Source of the DNA: Patescibacteria group bacterium
GTDB lineage: Bacteria > Patescibacteriota > WWE3 > 2-01-FULL-39-13
DNA length: 64,000 bases
Assembly: GCA_048499955.1 (NCBI GenBank)
Contig: JASNYX010000005.1
Coordinates: 27,401-91,400, forward strand
Direction: 5' to 3'
The translations under genes were made by a program, and so were the position numbers. Shown here one piece after another: positions 10,176 through 20,868 of the stretch. The notes beneath the pieces are model-generated. The model saw only the letters and a list, made by a program, of their open reading frames with translations. It was not told where the DNA came from and made no database searches. How positions within the stretch are numbered: the stretch's first letter is position 1; the number at the start of each line of letters is the position of its first letter.

Positions 10176-10658
10176 ATGCAAAAAGAACCGATTTTCAATT
10201 TAATAAAACGAATACGACCGGAAATCTCCGATATCCAACAAGAGGAATTATTTGCGAGATACGGATTAGCCAATGAAAAAAATGTTTCATTTGGGCTATA
10301 TCAAATATTTACAGAATTGAAATGCGCCATCAACGCAGATTGGAAATGGGATCCTACTGATGTTTTAGCGAGTATTGGTAGATGCGTTCCGGATTTTAAA
10401 TACGAAATAATTACTTCAGAATTTGATGAAGATTCTGAAGAATGGAATATTAAAGTTAAGATTAATGATGATATTGTCGAGTTTGAAGGAGAAATGTTCG
10501 ATCTTGATGATTTTATAGAGAATATAAATCCAGTTATAAGTAAAATCTGTGATTCACAATTTGAAGCTTTTTCTACAGGCGGTGATTCATTTTTTTATTT
10601 ACTAGTCCCCAATCATATAATACTTAGCACAGATGAGAGGAATTTGTTAGAAAATTAG
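10176..10658 (+). CDS. Acidic hypothetical protein
   Basis: 160-aa ORF with TATAAT 6 nt upstream of the ATG. Confidence 0.7.
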   Translation: MQKEPIFNLIKRIRPEISDIQQEELFARYGLANEKNVSFGLYQIFTELKCAINADWKWDPTDVLASIGRCVPDFKYEIITSEFDEDSEEWNIKVKINDDIVEFEGEMFDLDDFIENINPVISKICDSQFEAFSTGGDSFFYLLVPNHIILSTDERNLLEN

Positions 10659-10777
10659 TTCGACATCGTTAAAGATTAACTCAAACTATCGGCCAAGATT
10701 TCTCCCTTTGATATAATTCAAGAATCCTGTTCTCGGATATGTCATAATTAATCAGATTTATTAGCGGATAGGAGCTT

Positions 10778-11824
10778 TTGTTCCACCTTTCTATTCATCA
10801 ATATTTAATGCACGGTTTAACAAATTATAATGAGCATCTAATTCCTGATCCCATCTTAGATGATAACGGTGTAAGAGAAATCATAGGTGAAGCGTTTTCC
10901 GATATTCCGACTAGAAGACAATTCAAGTCTGCAACAAAAGGCATTTACATTGCATTATGCCAACGGAGTGCAGAATTAGACGATTCAACAGCTGAAAATG
11001 CAGTGGCAATATATAGATTTTTCCGAGACTCCACAGAAGATCCTAATCAAATAAATAATTATTCTAACAATGTATTATTAGGAAATGTCGCTATATCTGC
11101 CGCACAAACCGGAAATTTAGATTTATGGAGATTTGTGTGCTTGCCCAAGTTATCATTAGAAGTTTCAGATCAGAGAGAATATGCCCGCTGGAAATATGAT
11201 TTTAGTAACCACCGTTATGATACTCTAAAACCGGTGCTTCCATTTGACCAACGACTCATTGAAGGTTTTCGATCATTTAATATTAATCCTAGCTTAACGT
11301 TAGTGTTAGATGATTTAGAAGCTCCTTATTTACGCACCACTAACCATCGGAAAAGCGGATTTTCTGGTTATGAATCATTAAAGAAACCAGAACAGGCAAG
11401 AGCCCTTGCCGGACTCGTAGAGATGCGCACAAGTATAAGAGATTGGATAAGTGAATCTACTCAGAATTTAAATTGTGAGGCAAATGTTATCTTTTTTTCA
11501 GAAATGGTCGAGTACTCAACTTTTGCGGATCTACTAGCTACATTTGAACTAGAAGTCGACGAGAGACATACAAAAATCTTGAATCAAGAAATGCAACTTG
11601 TTAGAGAAATATTTCCCCAAATTAGCTACTTAGAATGTAGAATATATGCTATACGAAGAATAGCTCAGTACGCAGTCGAAGGTGCTATTTTATATCCGAG
11701 AGTTAGCAGCGGTGTTTACTTAGCTTCGGAATACCCGGTTAATCTGGTATGGAAAAAACTAACATTGTTAGCCGATATCCCTACCTTATTTTATTTGCAG
11801 GATAAAGATGTTAGGAATTTATAA
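10778..11824 (+). CDS. Hypothetical protein, possibly HUP/CDPS-like fold
   Basis: 348-aa ORF; motif order FVCLP / LVLDD / IFFSE / QYAVEG / LASEYP. Confidence 0.55.
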   Translation: MFHLSIHQYLMHGLTNYNEHLIPDPILDDNGVREIIGEAFSDIPTRRQFKSATKGIYIALCQRSAELDDSTAENAVAIYRFFRDSTEDPNQINNYSNNVLLGNVAISAAQTGNLDLWRFVCLPKLSLEVSDQREYARWKYDFSNHRYDTLKPVLPFDQRLIEGFRSFNINPSLTLVLDDLEAPYLRTTNHRKSGFSGYESLKKPEQARALAGLVEMRTSIRDWISESTQNLNCEANVIFFSEMVEYSTFADLLATFELEVDERHTKILNQEMQLVREIFPQISYLECRIYAIRRIAQYAVEGAILYPRVSSGVYLASEYPVNLVWKKLTLLADIPTLFYLQDKDVRNL

Positions 11825-12020
11825 TGATTTCGAAGAAATATAGAAGATTTGAATGTGATTTGATTCGATCGTGGACTTAAGAACAAAACAAAGCTCTAAT
11901 ATTGCCTGTTACATATATGTAGGCACGGCAATTGAAACCTCGTTCCTAATATGAATCTAAGCCATGTAGTCACAATTCTCTTCCTACAACGACAACACTC
12001 TTATCGTTTATAATATCATT

Positions 12021-12632
12021 ATGAAATCTTACTTGGATATTAATACTGACTCATATAATTTAGTTGCGGAAAATTACAAAACAGAACATAGCACAAGACT
12101 GGAATGGGAAGCAGAGCTTATTAAATTCAAAAACTATTTACCACAAAATCCAAAACTAATAGTTGATTTAGGTTGTGGAACCGGTGAAGAAACCCAGTGG
12201 CTTTCAGAAAATTTACCTACTTCCCAGATAATTGGGATTGATGCCTCAAGCGCTATGGTTAATGTTGCTACAAGTAGCTACCCAACGCTTCAATTACAGC
12301 AAAGTAACATTGTTGAATACGTATCCCCCTTTGAAGTTGATGGAATATGGGCAAGAGCTAGCTTACATCATCTTACTCTGGATGAATTAGATCAACTTTT
12401 CTACAATATTTCAAAGTATCTACATGGGGTAATTGGAATGGTTAATAAATATGGAGAAAAAGAAGAAATTGAAGAGAAAAATAAGTATGGAAGAATCCTC
12501 CGTAGATATTTTCAATACTTTGATGAGAATTTGATTGAAGAATTAAGTATGAATTATGGATTTAAATCCATTGAGCAATATCATGTTCAAAATGATCATC
12601 ATTGGCTAGTAACGTTTCTTTCGATTCAATAA
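12021..12632 (+). CDS. Class I SAM-dependent methyltransferase
   Basis: VDLGCGTG, GIDAS, DGIWARASLHH. Confidence 0.92.
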   Translation: MKSYLDINTDSYNLVAENYKTEHSTRLEWEAELIKFKNYLPQNPKLIVDLGCGTGEETQWLSENLPTSQIIGIDASSAMVNVATSSYPTLQLQQSNIVEYVSPFEVDGIWARASLHHLTLDELDQLFYNISKYLHGVIGMVNKYGEKEEIEEKNKYGRILRRYFQYFDENLIEELSMNYGFKSIEQYHVQNDHHWLVTFLSIQ

Positions 12633-12685
12633 CTCATTTTAGCAGATAATTCGAACTTTCGAGTGTTTTTCTGTACAATTAATAT

Positions 12686-13126
12686 GTGAGTATAAATTCC
12701 AGAAAAATTCTTTTTCTTTTTTTCTTGCCGATTGTAGCTATTTTTCTATTTATTTATAGTTATGCTAGTCGCGAAATACCTTCACATTCTGAATTGCCTT
12801 CTTGCGTAGAAAATAGTTCTTCCGGCGATTCTCAAATAGTTATAGATTTTGAAACTTGTATGCCATGTAAATCCGTTGAATACTTCGAGCTTGGATCTCT
12901 GCATTACAGAATCGAAGGCAAATCTGAAAACGTATGCAAACTCCGATATGGCATGGAAGTTGAAAATCCAAACTGGAATGGCCAACTTGATAACTATTGT
13001 GAGGTTCCTATCTCGACGGGATTATCTATGTTTGAAGAAAATGAATCTGAATTATCAGAAACTGGATCAGTAATATCTACAGGGATTGGATACAACTTCG
13101 AAAAGATTAAAGAATATTGTGAGTAA
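12686..13126 (+). CDS. Membrane-anchored Cys-containing hypothetical protein
   Basis: N-terminal TM helix, six Cys; TACAAT 6 nt upstream of the GTG. Confidence 0.7.
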   Translation: MSINSRKILFLFFLPIVAIFLFIYSYASREIPSHSELPSCVENSSSGDSQIVIDFETCMPCKSVEYFELGSLHYRIEGKSENVCKLRYGMEVENPNWNGQLDNYCEVPISTGLSMFEENESELSETGSVISTGIGYNFEKIKEYCE

Positions 13127-13220
13127 GGAAGTTTTAGTGTGTCGTAGGCTACTGTTTTATCTAACAGATCAAACAATTCCCTCTACTTAATTCAACCAAA
13201 AACCATGCTACGATTACAAT

Positions 13221-13625
13221 ATGAATAATAAAATCTACCCTATATTGATCATAATGGCTATTTTATTTCTCGGATTTCTAGTTTTTCAACGAACCGTCCC
13301 TAATAACCCGGTACAAGTAGAAGAAACAATCAACCCACAAGAAAACATAACTATTGAAAACTGTGAACAACAAGAAATTAAGAATTTAATAGACAATGAA
13401 TACCTTCGGCCAGAAGAGCTTGCTGTTTCGTTTTACTCCAAACCTTCTGAGAATTTGGTTAATGAACTTGCAAATAAATATAATCTAGAAGTTTTAGTTG
13501 TGTATAATGACCCGGCTGTTGTCTATAAGGTTAGTGAAGAAAATGCACCTGGTGTGAAATGTCAGCTACAACAGGAGCCCGAAGTTGATCGGGTTGTTTT
13601 TATTGAAAACAGGCCGGTATATTAA
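13221..13625 (+). CDS. Membrane-anchored protein with a subtilase-propeptide-like domain
   Basis: TM helix, then ELAVSF...LANKYNL...VYKV...LQQEPEVDRV pattern. Confidence 0.55.
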   Translation: MNNKIYPILIIMAILFLGFLVFQRTVPNNPVQVEETINPQENITIENCEQQEIKNLIDNEYLRPEELAVSFYSKPSENLVNELANKYNLEVLVVYNDPAVVYKVSEENAPGVKCQLQQEPEVDRVVFIENRPVY

Positions 13626-13705
13626 AATACTTTAAGCTAGTGGGTACCACCCATTAGATAGATTGTATGAAGCCGGGGTCAAGGTAAGGCTATAACTTTA
13701 CCTAA

Positions 13706-14164
13706 TTAAGGAATTTGAACAACATCTCCGGGGTGGATTAATTTGCCACCATCTTTAGTAATGAGCTTTTTCCATTCTTTTCCTGAGTCATAATATTCTG
13801 AAGATATCTTCCAGAGATTATCCCCTTCTTTTACGACATGAATAGACGGAGTGCTTTCTGTTGAGGCATCAAGTACAGCTGAGGTTGCCTGTGATTCATC
13901 CGAGTAATCTGCCAGTACCAGCCCTATTCTATCAACGTGTTCTTCTGCAATTATATTTTCGGTAGTGTTTGGATTTCCTGCAAAGATTGCAGCAGTACCG
14001 ATTAGGGTAAGTGCAGTTGCAGCAAACATCAATGAACTTTGAATAACCTTTAGTTGAAGCGTAAGGTTTGTCTTATACACCTTGATAATTGAAGAAATCA
14101 CAAAGCTAGCAAAAGCTATCCCAATGGTTAGCCGTATAGTAAATACTAGGTGTCTAATAAGCAC
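13706..14164 (-). CDS. Membrane protein with C-terminal LysM domain (5' end probably truncated)
   Basis: HVVKEGDNLWKISSEYY...LIHPGDVVQIP; two TM helices. Confidence 0.8.
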   Translation of the reverse strand: MLIRHLVFTIRLTIGIAFASFVISSIIKVYKTNLTLQLKVIQSSLMFAATALTLIGTAAIFAGNPNTTENIIAEEHVDRIGLVLADYSDESQATSAVLDASTESTPSIHVVKEGDNLWKISSEYYDSGKEWKKLITKDGGKLIHPGDVVQIP

Positions 14165-14178
14165 AGGTCTATTGACCC

Positions 14179-15093
14179 GGTAAAGCCAGAGCTTTGAACA
14201 ATGGTATTCAAAATCTTTCTACCGGTAGCCTAGTAATGGTATTGGATGCAGATTCTATTATCGCTAGCAATGCTATTTCTAATGCGGTTTCATATTTCAG
14301 TAACCCGAATGTTGCTTCAATTGCCTCAAATGTAAGGATTTTGCCATCCAAAACATTTATGGGAAAAATTCAGTACATAGAATACTTGATGGGTCATAAA
14401 CTCAAGAAAGCTTTTACGGTTTTAAATAATGAATACATTGTAGGTGGAATCGGATCAGTATTTCGAAGAAGTATTTTGCAAACCGTCGGATATTACGATA
14501 CAGATACGATTACCGAGGATATTGACTTAACAATGAAAATCTTACGTATGGGCAACCGACAACACAAAGTAGTCTTTGCCTCAGATGTTGTATGTTATAC
14601 CGAATCAGTTATGAGCTTAAAAGATTTATATAAACAACGATTTAGATGGAAGTTCGGCAGGTTCCAAACAGTCTGGAAAAATAAAAGAATGTTTTTTAAC
14701 CTTTCGGGCAAATATAATAAGAGATTAACTTTTTATCAATTGCCCTTTGTGTTGTACAGCGAATTGGCATTTTTAATTGACCCATTACTAATTGGTTTCA
14801 TGATTTATTTAACATTTAAATATCAGGAAATGTCGACATTTACCGGAGTATTCTTGTTCCTTGGATTTTACTCTTTTATTACTATTGTGTCGGACGAATA
14901 TTTAACTTTTAAAGAGAAATTTTATTCAATGGTACTAGTTCCTTTTGTTTACCTATTCTTTTTTGTAATCAGTGTCGTCGAGTATTTTGCCTTAATCAAA
15001 TCAATCGTGTCCTATAAGGGCATTATATATGCCAAAGAAATAAATAATTGCGGATGGGAACACGTAGAACGTATTGGTACCGCGACTAATTAA
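14179..15093 (+). pseudogene. Processive GT2 glycosyltransferase, N-terminally truncated
   Basis: Begins abruptly at GKARALNN just after an in-frame TGA (14173-14175); DAD, TED and QRFRW motifs plus C-terminal TMs; the DDGS region is missing. Confidence 0.8.
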
Positions 15094-15158
15094 CACTCCG
15101 TTTAAATTGCACAGATGATTCAATAAAGTATGAGATACAATTCACTATAATTATTATC

Positions 15159-15692
15159 ATGCAAATTTTTAACACTAGCCAAACGAATGAAATAGCCCAA
15201 CTATTAAAGAGCGGTAAAATCGGCATTATGCCTACAGACACCATATATGGCATACATTGCTTGGCTAATGATCCGAATTTAGTTGATAAAATTTATCAAA
15301 TTAAAAAAAGACCCGACAAAATTCCATTAATCACAATAATTTCGAATCTAGACGATTTACTACCGTTTGAAGTAGAGCTAAACGACTACTCACATGAACA
15401 GATAAGTCGTTTTTGGCCTGGCCCCAATACTCTTATATTCGACACAAACCAAAACGAAACACGATCATTTAGAATGCCTGACAATGATTTTCTACTTTCG
15501 ATACTAAAAATCACAGGTCCATTAATTTCTACAAGTGCTAACTTACATGGGCAACAACCTGCAAAAGATGTAAACGACGCAATAAAATATTTTGCTGATT
15601 CAATCGATTTTTATGTAGATGGAGGAAAAATGGATAACCCTCCCTCAAATGTATATCGCATTAATCAAGGCACCATAACTAAATTACGCTAA
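15159..15692 (+). CDS. tsaC: L-threonylcarbamoyladenylate synthase (YrdC/Sua5)
   Basis: PTDTIYGI, KKRP, WPGP, STSAN. Confidence 0.93.
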   Translation: MQIFNTSQTNEIAQLLKSGKIGIMPTDTIYGIHCLANDPNLVDKIYQIKKRPDKIPLITIISNLDDLLPFEVELNDYSHEQISRFWPGPNTLIFDTNQNETRSFRMPDNDFLLSILKITGPLISTSANLHGQQPAKDVNDAIKYFADSIDFYVDGGKMDNPPSNVYRINQGTITKLR

Positions 15693-15962
15693 CCTTAAAA
15701 AGTGAATAATCTAAGGCAAGAATTTATATCCTTTAGGCTAAATAATCTCTGCCGATTCGATAATTTTTAAAAGCTCTTCCTGTATTTCTGCAGTCTAGAT
15801 AAACCATGCGAAATAAATGGAACATCAACTACCATGAGCCCTAACACCGGATATGCCGTGAACTTAACCGGCTTATCCGGATACTTTAATGAGTCGGGCT
15901 TATTCGATATAAATGCATTCGATTGCCCACTTGAACCTTAATTTTAATATCCGGAATATTAA

Positions 15963-17057
15963 TTAAGTCGAACGATCACTCAGCCTTCTTTTTTGGAAAT
16001 CGTGTATAAAGGTAACGACTATCCACACTAAGCATATCGATATTAGATTTAATACCGTTGTAGTGAGAAAACTATATCTAAATGGAATATAAAAAATCAT
16101 GAACAATAATACCGATTGAATAATGTATGTCATGAGTGAGTTTCTCCCGAATTTCAATAATAACCAGCCCATATATTTATTTATATTGGTGTAATACCTT
16201 TCAATCATAGAGTATAAAAATATAATCCAAATGCTAAACACAATAATTCTTCCCGACCAAGGGTTTCTGTATTAAAAATGAGCTCAAGTGATCTTTGATT
16301 GTCGGGAAAATATCCAAAATATTTGTGAGAAACACTTAATACCAGTCAAAACAAAACAACGCTCCAACAAAGGCACACCCACCCGGAAGTTACTTAGTGT
16401 ATAAACTCTGAAAACATTTTTATGTGCGGCAGTAAACATCCCTAACACAAACATGAATTGCCATGACGATAAATCAAAGAAACTTACGCAAAAACGAACA
16501 CATTCGATTTCGTATAAATTTGTAAACCACAATAGAAAAGAAGTAAGTAACACAATAACCGATAGATTCCGTTTAAATAGGTATAGAATAATCGGGGCTG
16601 TTAAAAGCAATAAGACGTAAAGCGGAAGCAGATCTGCCCATCCATACGAGAACCTAAGTAACATAGTGTCAACTAATAGATTAGAATAGCTATCGTAATT
16701 AATGAAGCCTGTCGGCCCTGGGAATTTACCTAAACCAAGTGTAAGGGCAACATATACAAGCGTAAGAGCAACACTCCAAATATATAATGTAATAGCTCGT
16801 CTCCAAAGTGATTTAAAGACACGTTTAGCCGAATCATCTATCATCTTCGGATAGTAAACATAGCTAACAAAAAAACCCGATAAAAAAATAAATCCTTCAG
16901 CCGCTGAGGTCCATAATCTTCCATTTCCGTTATAAAATGTGAAAAGCGAAATACCTCCGTAGTAACTAACATGATCAACCAGTATGGCTACCAAATAATG
17001 ACCTCTTAGCATGTCTAACTTACTGTTCCGTTTTTTATGATGTGATATCTGACTCAT
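15963..17057 (-). pseudogene. OpgC-family acyltransferase, split by frameshifts
   Basis: LDMLRG, SAAEGFIFLSG, DLLPLY, SWQFMF; C-terminal GRNSLMTY lies in another frame, with an intermediate frame VLSVSHKY...ETLG. Confidence 0.75.
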
Positions 17058-17716
17058 TAAAGAATAAGATCTATACCTATTGCGTACTTTGATGATTTTG
17101 AATATCTATCGGGAAATTCGGCTGATATTGTGTTTGCCAAATCATCATTATCATATGAATATTTGAGCTCGACTACACAGATGTCAGTATCGATCTTTTT
17201 GAGGGGGTTAAACCCTGTATGAAGATCCCAGTACCTTAAGTCATAATCCAGTGTGATTCGGTAATTTCTGTCTGCAGATATAAAATATCTTCGAGAGTAG
17301 CTGACTAAAATGACCGGGCGTAATGAAGGAAATAGTTTTTTGACTGCTCCATCTGCATCTGATTTTTCGATTATCGAAGCGTAATTTTTCAAGAAATCCC
17401 CTATTTTATTATCTCCGAGATTGTAAGTATCTTTTGTACCGACGTGAGCATTTTTACTTTTAATTTCTAAATTCGCCGCTACGAGATTTTCAATGTCATC
17501 TCCATACCATCGAACTCTAATTTTACGTCTGTTAGATTTCCCATATAAATTGTCTTGATAATATTCAAATCCATTCGTATCGAAATATATACTATTCACA
17601 CGTCGTTCTTCATAGGCTTCTTTGAATATCGCTTTGTGTGCTTTAATCAATAAGACCATTTGTTTCATATCGTCTAGCTTAGTTGAAAATTTTCTTTCGT
17701 ATCGTAGGTTTTTCAT
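17057..17716 (-). CDS. VTC (polyphosphate polymerase-like, CYTH) domain protein
   Basis: RYERKF, SIYFDT, RKIRVRWY, RITLD, VELKY, SKY. Confidence 0.9.
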   Translation of the reverse strand: MKNLRYERKFSTKLDDMKQMVLLIKAHKAIFKEAYEERRVNSIYFDTNGFEYYQDNLYGKSNRRKIRVRWYGDDIENLVAANLEIKSKNAHVGTKDTYNLGDNKIGDFLKNYASIIEKSDADGAVKKLFPSLRPVILVSYSRRYFISADRNYRITLDYDLRYWDLHTGFNPLKKIDTDICVVELKYSYDNDDLANTISAEFPDRYSKSSKYAIGIDLIL

Positions 17717-17717
17717 A

Positions 17718-19673
17718 TTATTCGATTATATTAAAGAAGCTTAAAATACTGCCGAAAAAAGTTTTCTCGAAATTCGCAGTTATATACACGTCATCCCTTG
17801 CGAAAGTAACACTGTCATTATTATCAATAACATGAACGTCTCCAGTCCAACCTATAAATCGGTATCCGAGTTTGCTTTTGACTTTGAGTGTATATGGAAT
17901 ATTTTTTATGTATGTTCCATGCCATAGAGAATCATTAATTTCGAGCGAATCGAGATATATTGTTCCTGCACTTTCGAGATTCATATTTATTGTAAGGTCT
18001 GTGGTTCCTGTAAACTTTAGCTCCAAAACTACCTGATTTAAAGCATGATTTCTTCTGTCATAAGTAAAGTCACGCATCACTTGTATATTGTTTCTCCATT
18101 CATCTATATTTTTGAAGCTTCTCCAATCCCCTTTAATGACTTTGTTGCCCCATTTTGATGCGTGCCTAGGAACCTCTGCTTCAATTCGAGATTCAAATGA
18201 ATCAATGATCGGGATCACACGTTCAGGAAGATATGTTGAGTTATAGTGATAAGCAAAACGCCTGGCGAACTCTTCCTTAAAATCATCATTCATTAGTAAA
18301 GATTTTATTAATAGATTTGACCATAGTGGAATAACCTCAGGCGGAGATTTAAGAATTCTATTTAAACGATTTGTACTACCTGAAGGAGAATTAAATGCTT
18401 CATCCATATCGTACACGATCCACCTCCATCTACCATCTAACCCATATGGAACATACTCATCTTCAAAATCGGATGTGTCGTTGATATATCTCCATACCCT
18501 TAAATTTGAATCAATCCAAACAGAGTTATTTGAATAAATATTCAAAACATTGTAATCAATAAAGTTATCGACATCCATCAAAGTTTTTACATATTCATAA
18601 TTTTCATTTATCGACATATCGTTGTTTTTAACGAAATCAAGCATGTTGATGTAATGAAGTTCGTCTCCTTGTTGGCCCGACTCAATTGAAGGGTACCCAC
18701 CCTGACTTCTATCCGGAAACAATCTCACTATATTTTTTCTATCGACGTTATATTTGTTCTGAAAATAATATTCATCCTGGAACTCACGAATATTGTGTAT
18801 TCCCCAGTATTCCCCATTAATAAACAAGATTGAAGGCTGGTAGTTTTGTAAATCGAGCTTGGATTCTGAAAACAGATTTTGTACTAATGCGTCTCGGAAT
18901 AACGTGTCTTTCCAATCATTTCCGGAGCTTCTCAACAATATGCATTTAAATTTCTTGACAGGTGAATCCTTAAAAAGTTGATATTCGATTTGTGGCTCGT
19001 TTTTCCCGGTACAATACCTCAAAGTTTTTTGAGGGAAAGATCTGGTAGTGTTTCCATGAATTTTAATTTCCCCTACTGAATCGAATCTTAACGTCCCTTC
19101 TTCATCAAAGTATTCAAGGTATGCAGGCTTCTGCCAGTCTTTTCCTCTTTGGGCAAAATTTGCAACGAATTTTTCATCGGACTCAGGGTCGGGTTTGCCT
19201 TCAACATAAATACCTGTACTCTCATCCCACAAGTTAATGGGGTCTGTAACCAACGAAATCACAGGAAGAGTCGAATATTCGTTAATGAGATATGTCTGTG
19301 TATGAGTTTTTCCTCTTTTGATACCGTTATTGAATAATGCAGCTCTCAAAACTGTGTTTTTATCAATGTAAATCTCTTCACTGTAAAGTGATGACTGTGG
19401 TCCCGGCTCGCTTCCATCTAACGTATACCTGATTTCGTTGCCTAAACGGTATAACCGCATCGAAACTGAAATAGAACCATCGTAGAGTCCGGAGTAATTA
19501 GAAAAACCTATCGTGTTACCTTTAGCCGAAGTTCTTACAAAATCAACCTGAAAAAAAGCAACGGATAAAATTAGTAGTGTGATAGTAATAAAACCGATCT
19601 CCAGCCTCGATATACCTGTAAAAAGTTTTTTACATTTCTTTAAATATGATTCGGGAGATCTATGAAGTATCAA
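17718..19673 (-). CDS. CotH kinase-family secreted protein with Fn3-like and InlB-B-like domains
   Basis: IRYTLDGSEP; IHGNTTR..PQK; INGEYWGIH; WRWIVYDMD; GYRFIGWTG. Confidence 0.88.
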   Translation of the reverse strand: MILHRSPESYLKKCKKLFTGISRLEIGFITITLLILSVAFFQVDFVRTSAKGNTIGFSNYSGLYDGSISVSMRLYRLGNEIRYTLDGSEPGPQSSLYSEEIYIDKNTVLRAALFNNGIKRGKTHTQTYLINEYSTLPVISLVTDPINLWDESTGIYVEGKPDPESDEKFVANFAQRGKDWQKPAYLEYFDEEGTLRFDSVGEIKIHGNTTRSFPQKTLRYCTGKNEPQIEYQLFKDSPVKKFKCILLRSSGNDWKDTLFRDALVQNLFSESKLDLQNYQPSILFINGEYWGIHNIREFQDEYYFQNKYNVDRKNIVRLFPDRSQGGYPSIESGQQGDELHYINMLDFVKNNDMSINENYEYVKTLMDVDNFIDYNVLNIYSNNSVWIDSNLRVWRYINDTSDFEDEYVPYGLDGRWRWIVYDMDEAFNSPSGSTNRLNRILKSPPEVIPLWSNLLIKSLLMNDDFKEEFARRFAYHYNSTYLPERVIPIIDSFESRIEAEVPRHASKWGNKVIKGDWRSFKNIDEWRNNIQVMRDFTYDRRNHALNQVVLELKFTGTTDLTINMNLESAGTIYLDSLEINDSLWHGTYIKNIPYTLKVKSKLGYRFIGWTGDVHVIDNNDSVTFARDDVYITANFEKTFFGSILSFFNIIE

Positions 19674-20359
19674 CTGGATAAGCCTTTATCCTCTATAAAG
19701 CTCATTTTTAAATGTTTATCCAATGATCTTAAAGAGTCCGCAGCCTCGTTTAACTTGCCAACATTAAGAAACCTAGCATAAATGAGGAATTCAGCTTCAT
19801 CATTTGCCAAATCGGCTCTCTTAAGACTAATAAGATCTGAGTGTTTTTTTAGCAACGAGGTAATCTTGTTAAGATCAACCATCGACGGATTATTGGAATT
19901 TATGCTGACCAACATATTAAATTCATTTGATTTTGATTTTCTGAGAAATCCCCTTGTTACCAAATACAATGCTATTCCCAAAAACCCAAGCAAGGTTATT
20001 ACGCGTTGACCTGAACCAAAACCGAGCCCTACAGACATAGTTAAAAACAGAAAAGTAAGCTCCTCCGGCTCTTTGATAGCGGATCTAAATCTGACAATGG
20101 AAAGTGCTCCAACAAGGCCTAATGATAATGCCAGTGAAGTTTTCACCACAGTGATAATTAGCATTGTTGTAAGAGCTAAAATTACGAAGTTTGAAGAAAA
20201 CATCTTACGGTTAGAAATAGCACTACCGTAATGCCTATATATCAAAGAAATCACATATGCACAGAGACCGGCCAAAATAAAATCGATATAGAAATATTCG
20301 AAGTCGCTATATATGCTTTGGGTATTAAAGTACCTCTCGAGGTCTAGTAAATCTGACAT
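19670..20359 (-). CDS. DUF4956 membrane protein
   Basis: SLALSLGLVGALSIVRFRSAIKEP signature. Confidence 0.9.
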   Translation of the reverse strand: MSDLLDLERYFNTQSIYSDFEYFYIDFILAGLCAYVISLIYRHYGSAISNRKMFSSNFVILALTTMLIITVVKTSLALSLGLVGALSIVRFRSAIKEPEELTFLFLTMSVGLGFGSGQRVITLLGFLGIALYLVTRGFLRKSKSNEFNMLVSINSNNPSMVDLNKITSLLKKHSDLISLKRADLANDEAEFLIYARFLNVGKLNEAADSLRSLDKHLKMSFIEDKGLSS

Positions 20360-20492
20360 TTACAAGAAATTTTAACAGTGAATAAGTGCTAAAGTCCAGT
20401 TTAAATTTGGGAAAAGACATTTGCGAAAACCTTCTCAAACTCCCCCGCTTAATTGTGTGGAGGGAATTCTTGAAGGTCTCGCTACGTGTTAG

Positions 20493-20753
20493 TTAGGACA
20501 AATGCTTTGAAACTAGTTTAGTCATTTCAAACATAGATACGGTTTCCTGACCGTCGAATACTTTTTTAAGTTTTTCGTCGGCGTTAATATTTCTCTTATT
20601 CTCCGGATCCTGTAAATCATTTGCTTTTATGTACACCCAAAGAGCTTTAGTAACTTCAGTTCTAGGCATGGGCCCTTTACCTACAACATCCTCAAGCTCG
20701 GGACTTAGGTTCATCGGTTTAGCTAATCCTTTTCCTTTATTGGAATCTTCCAT
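20493..20753 (-). CDS. Stand-alone SWIB/MDM2 domain protein
   Basis: LSPEL..VVG..PRTEVTK.LW.YIK...LQDP.NKR.I..D..L; strong GAGGTG SD. Confidence 0.93.
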   Translation of the reverse strand: MEDSNKGKGLAKPMNLSPELEDVVGKGPMPRTEVTKALWVYIKANDLQDPENKRNINADEKLKKVFDGQETVSMFEMTKLVSKHLS

Positions 20754-20868
20754 TAATTTTCACCACCTCACAAAATCAAACAGAATTAAATGATACTTCA
20801 TAATTTACTATCAATGAGACTCCTACCACAAGTAGATCTATCCATACGAAATTACAAATTACGACAAA

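Noticed and set aside
6670-14200. attR duplication of the tRNA-Gln 3' end
   Set aside because: No second copy was found by eye, so the island boundary rests on composition only.
15768-15937. Minus-strand open frame of about 56 codons (GSSGQSNAF...)
   Set aside because: No start codon for most of it and no recognisable motif; at best a gene remnant.
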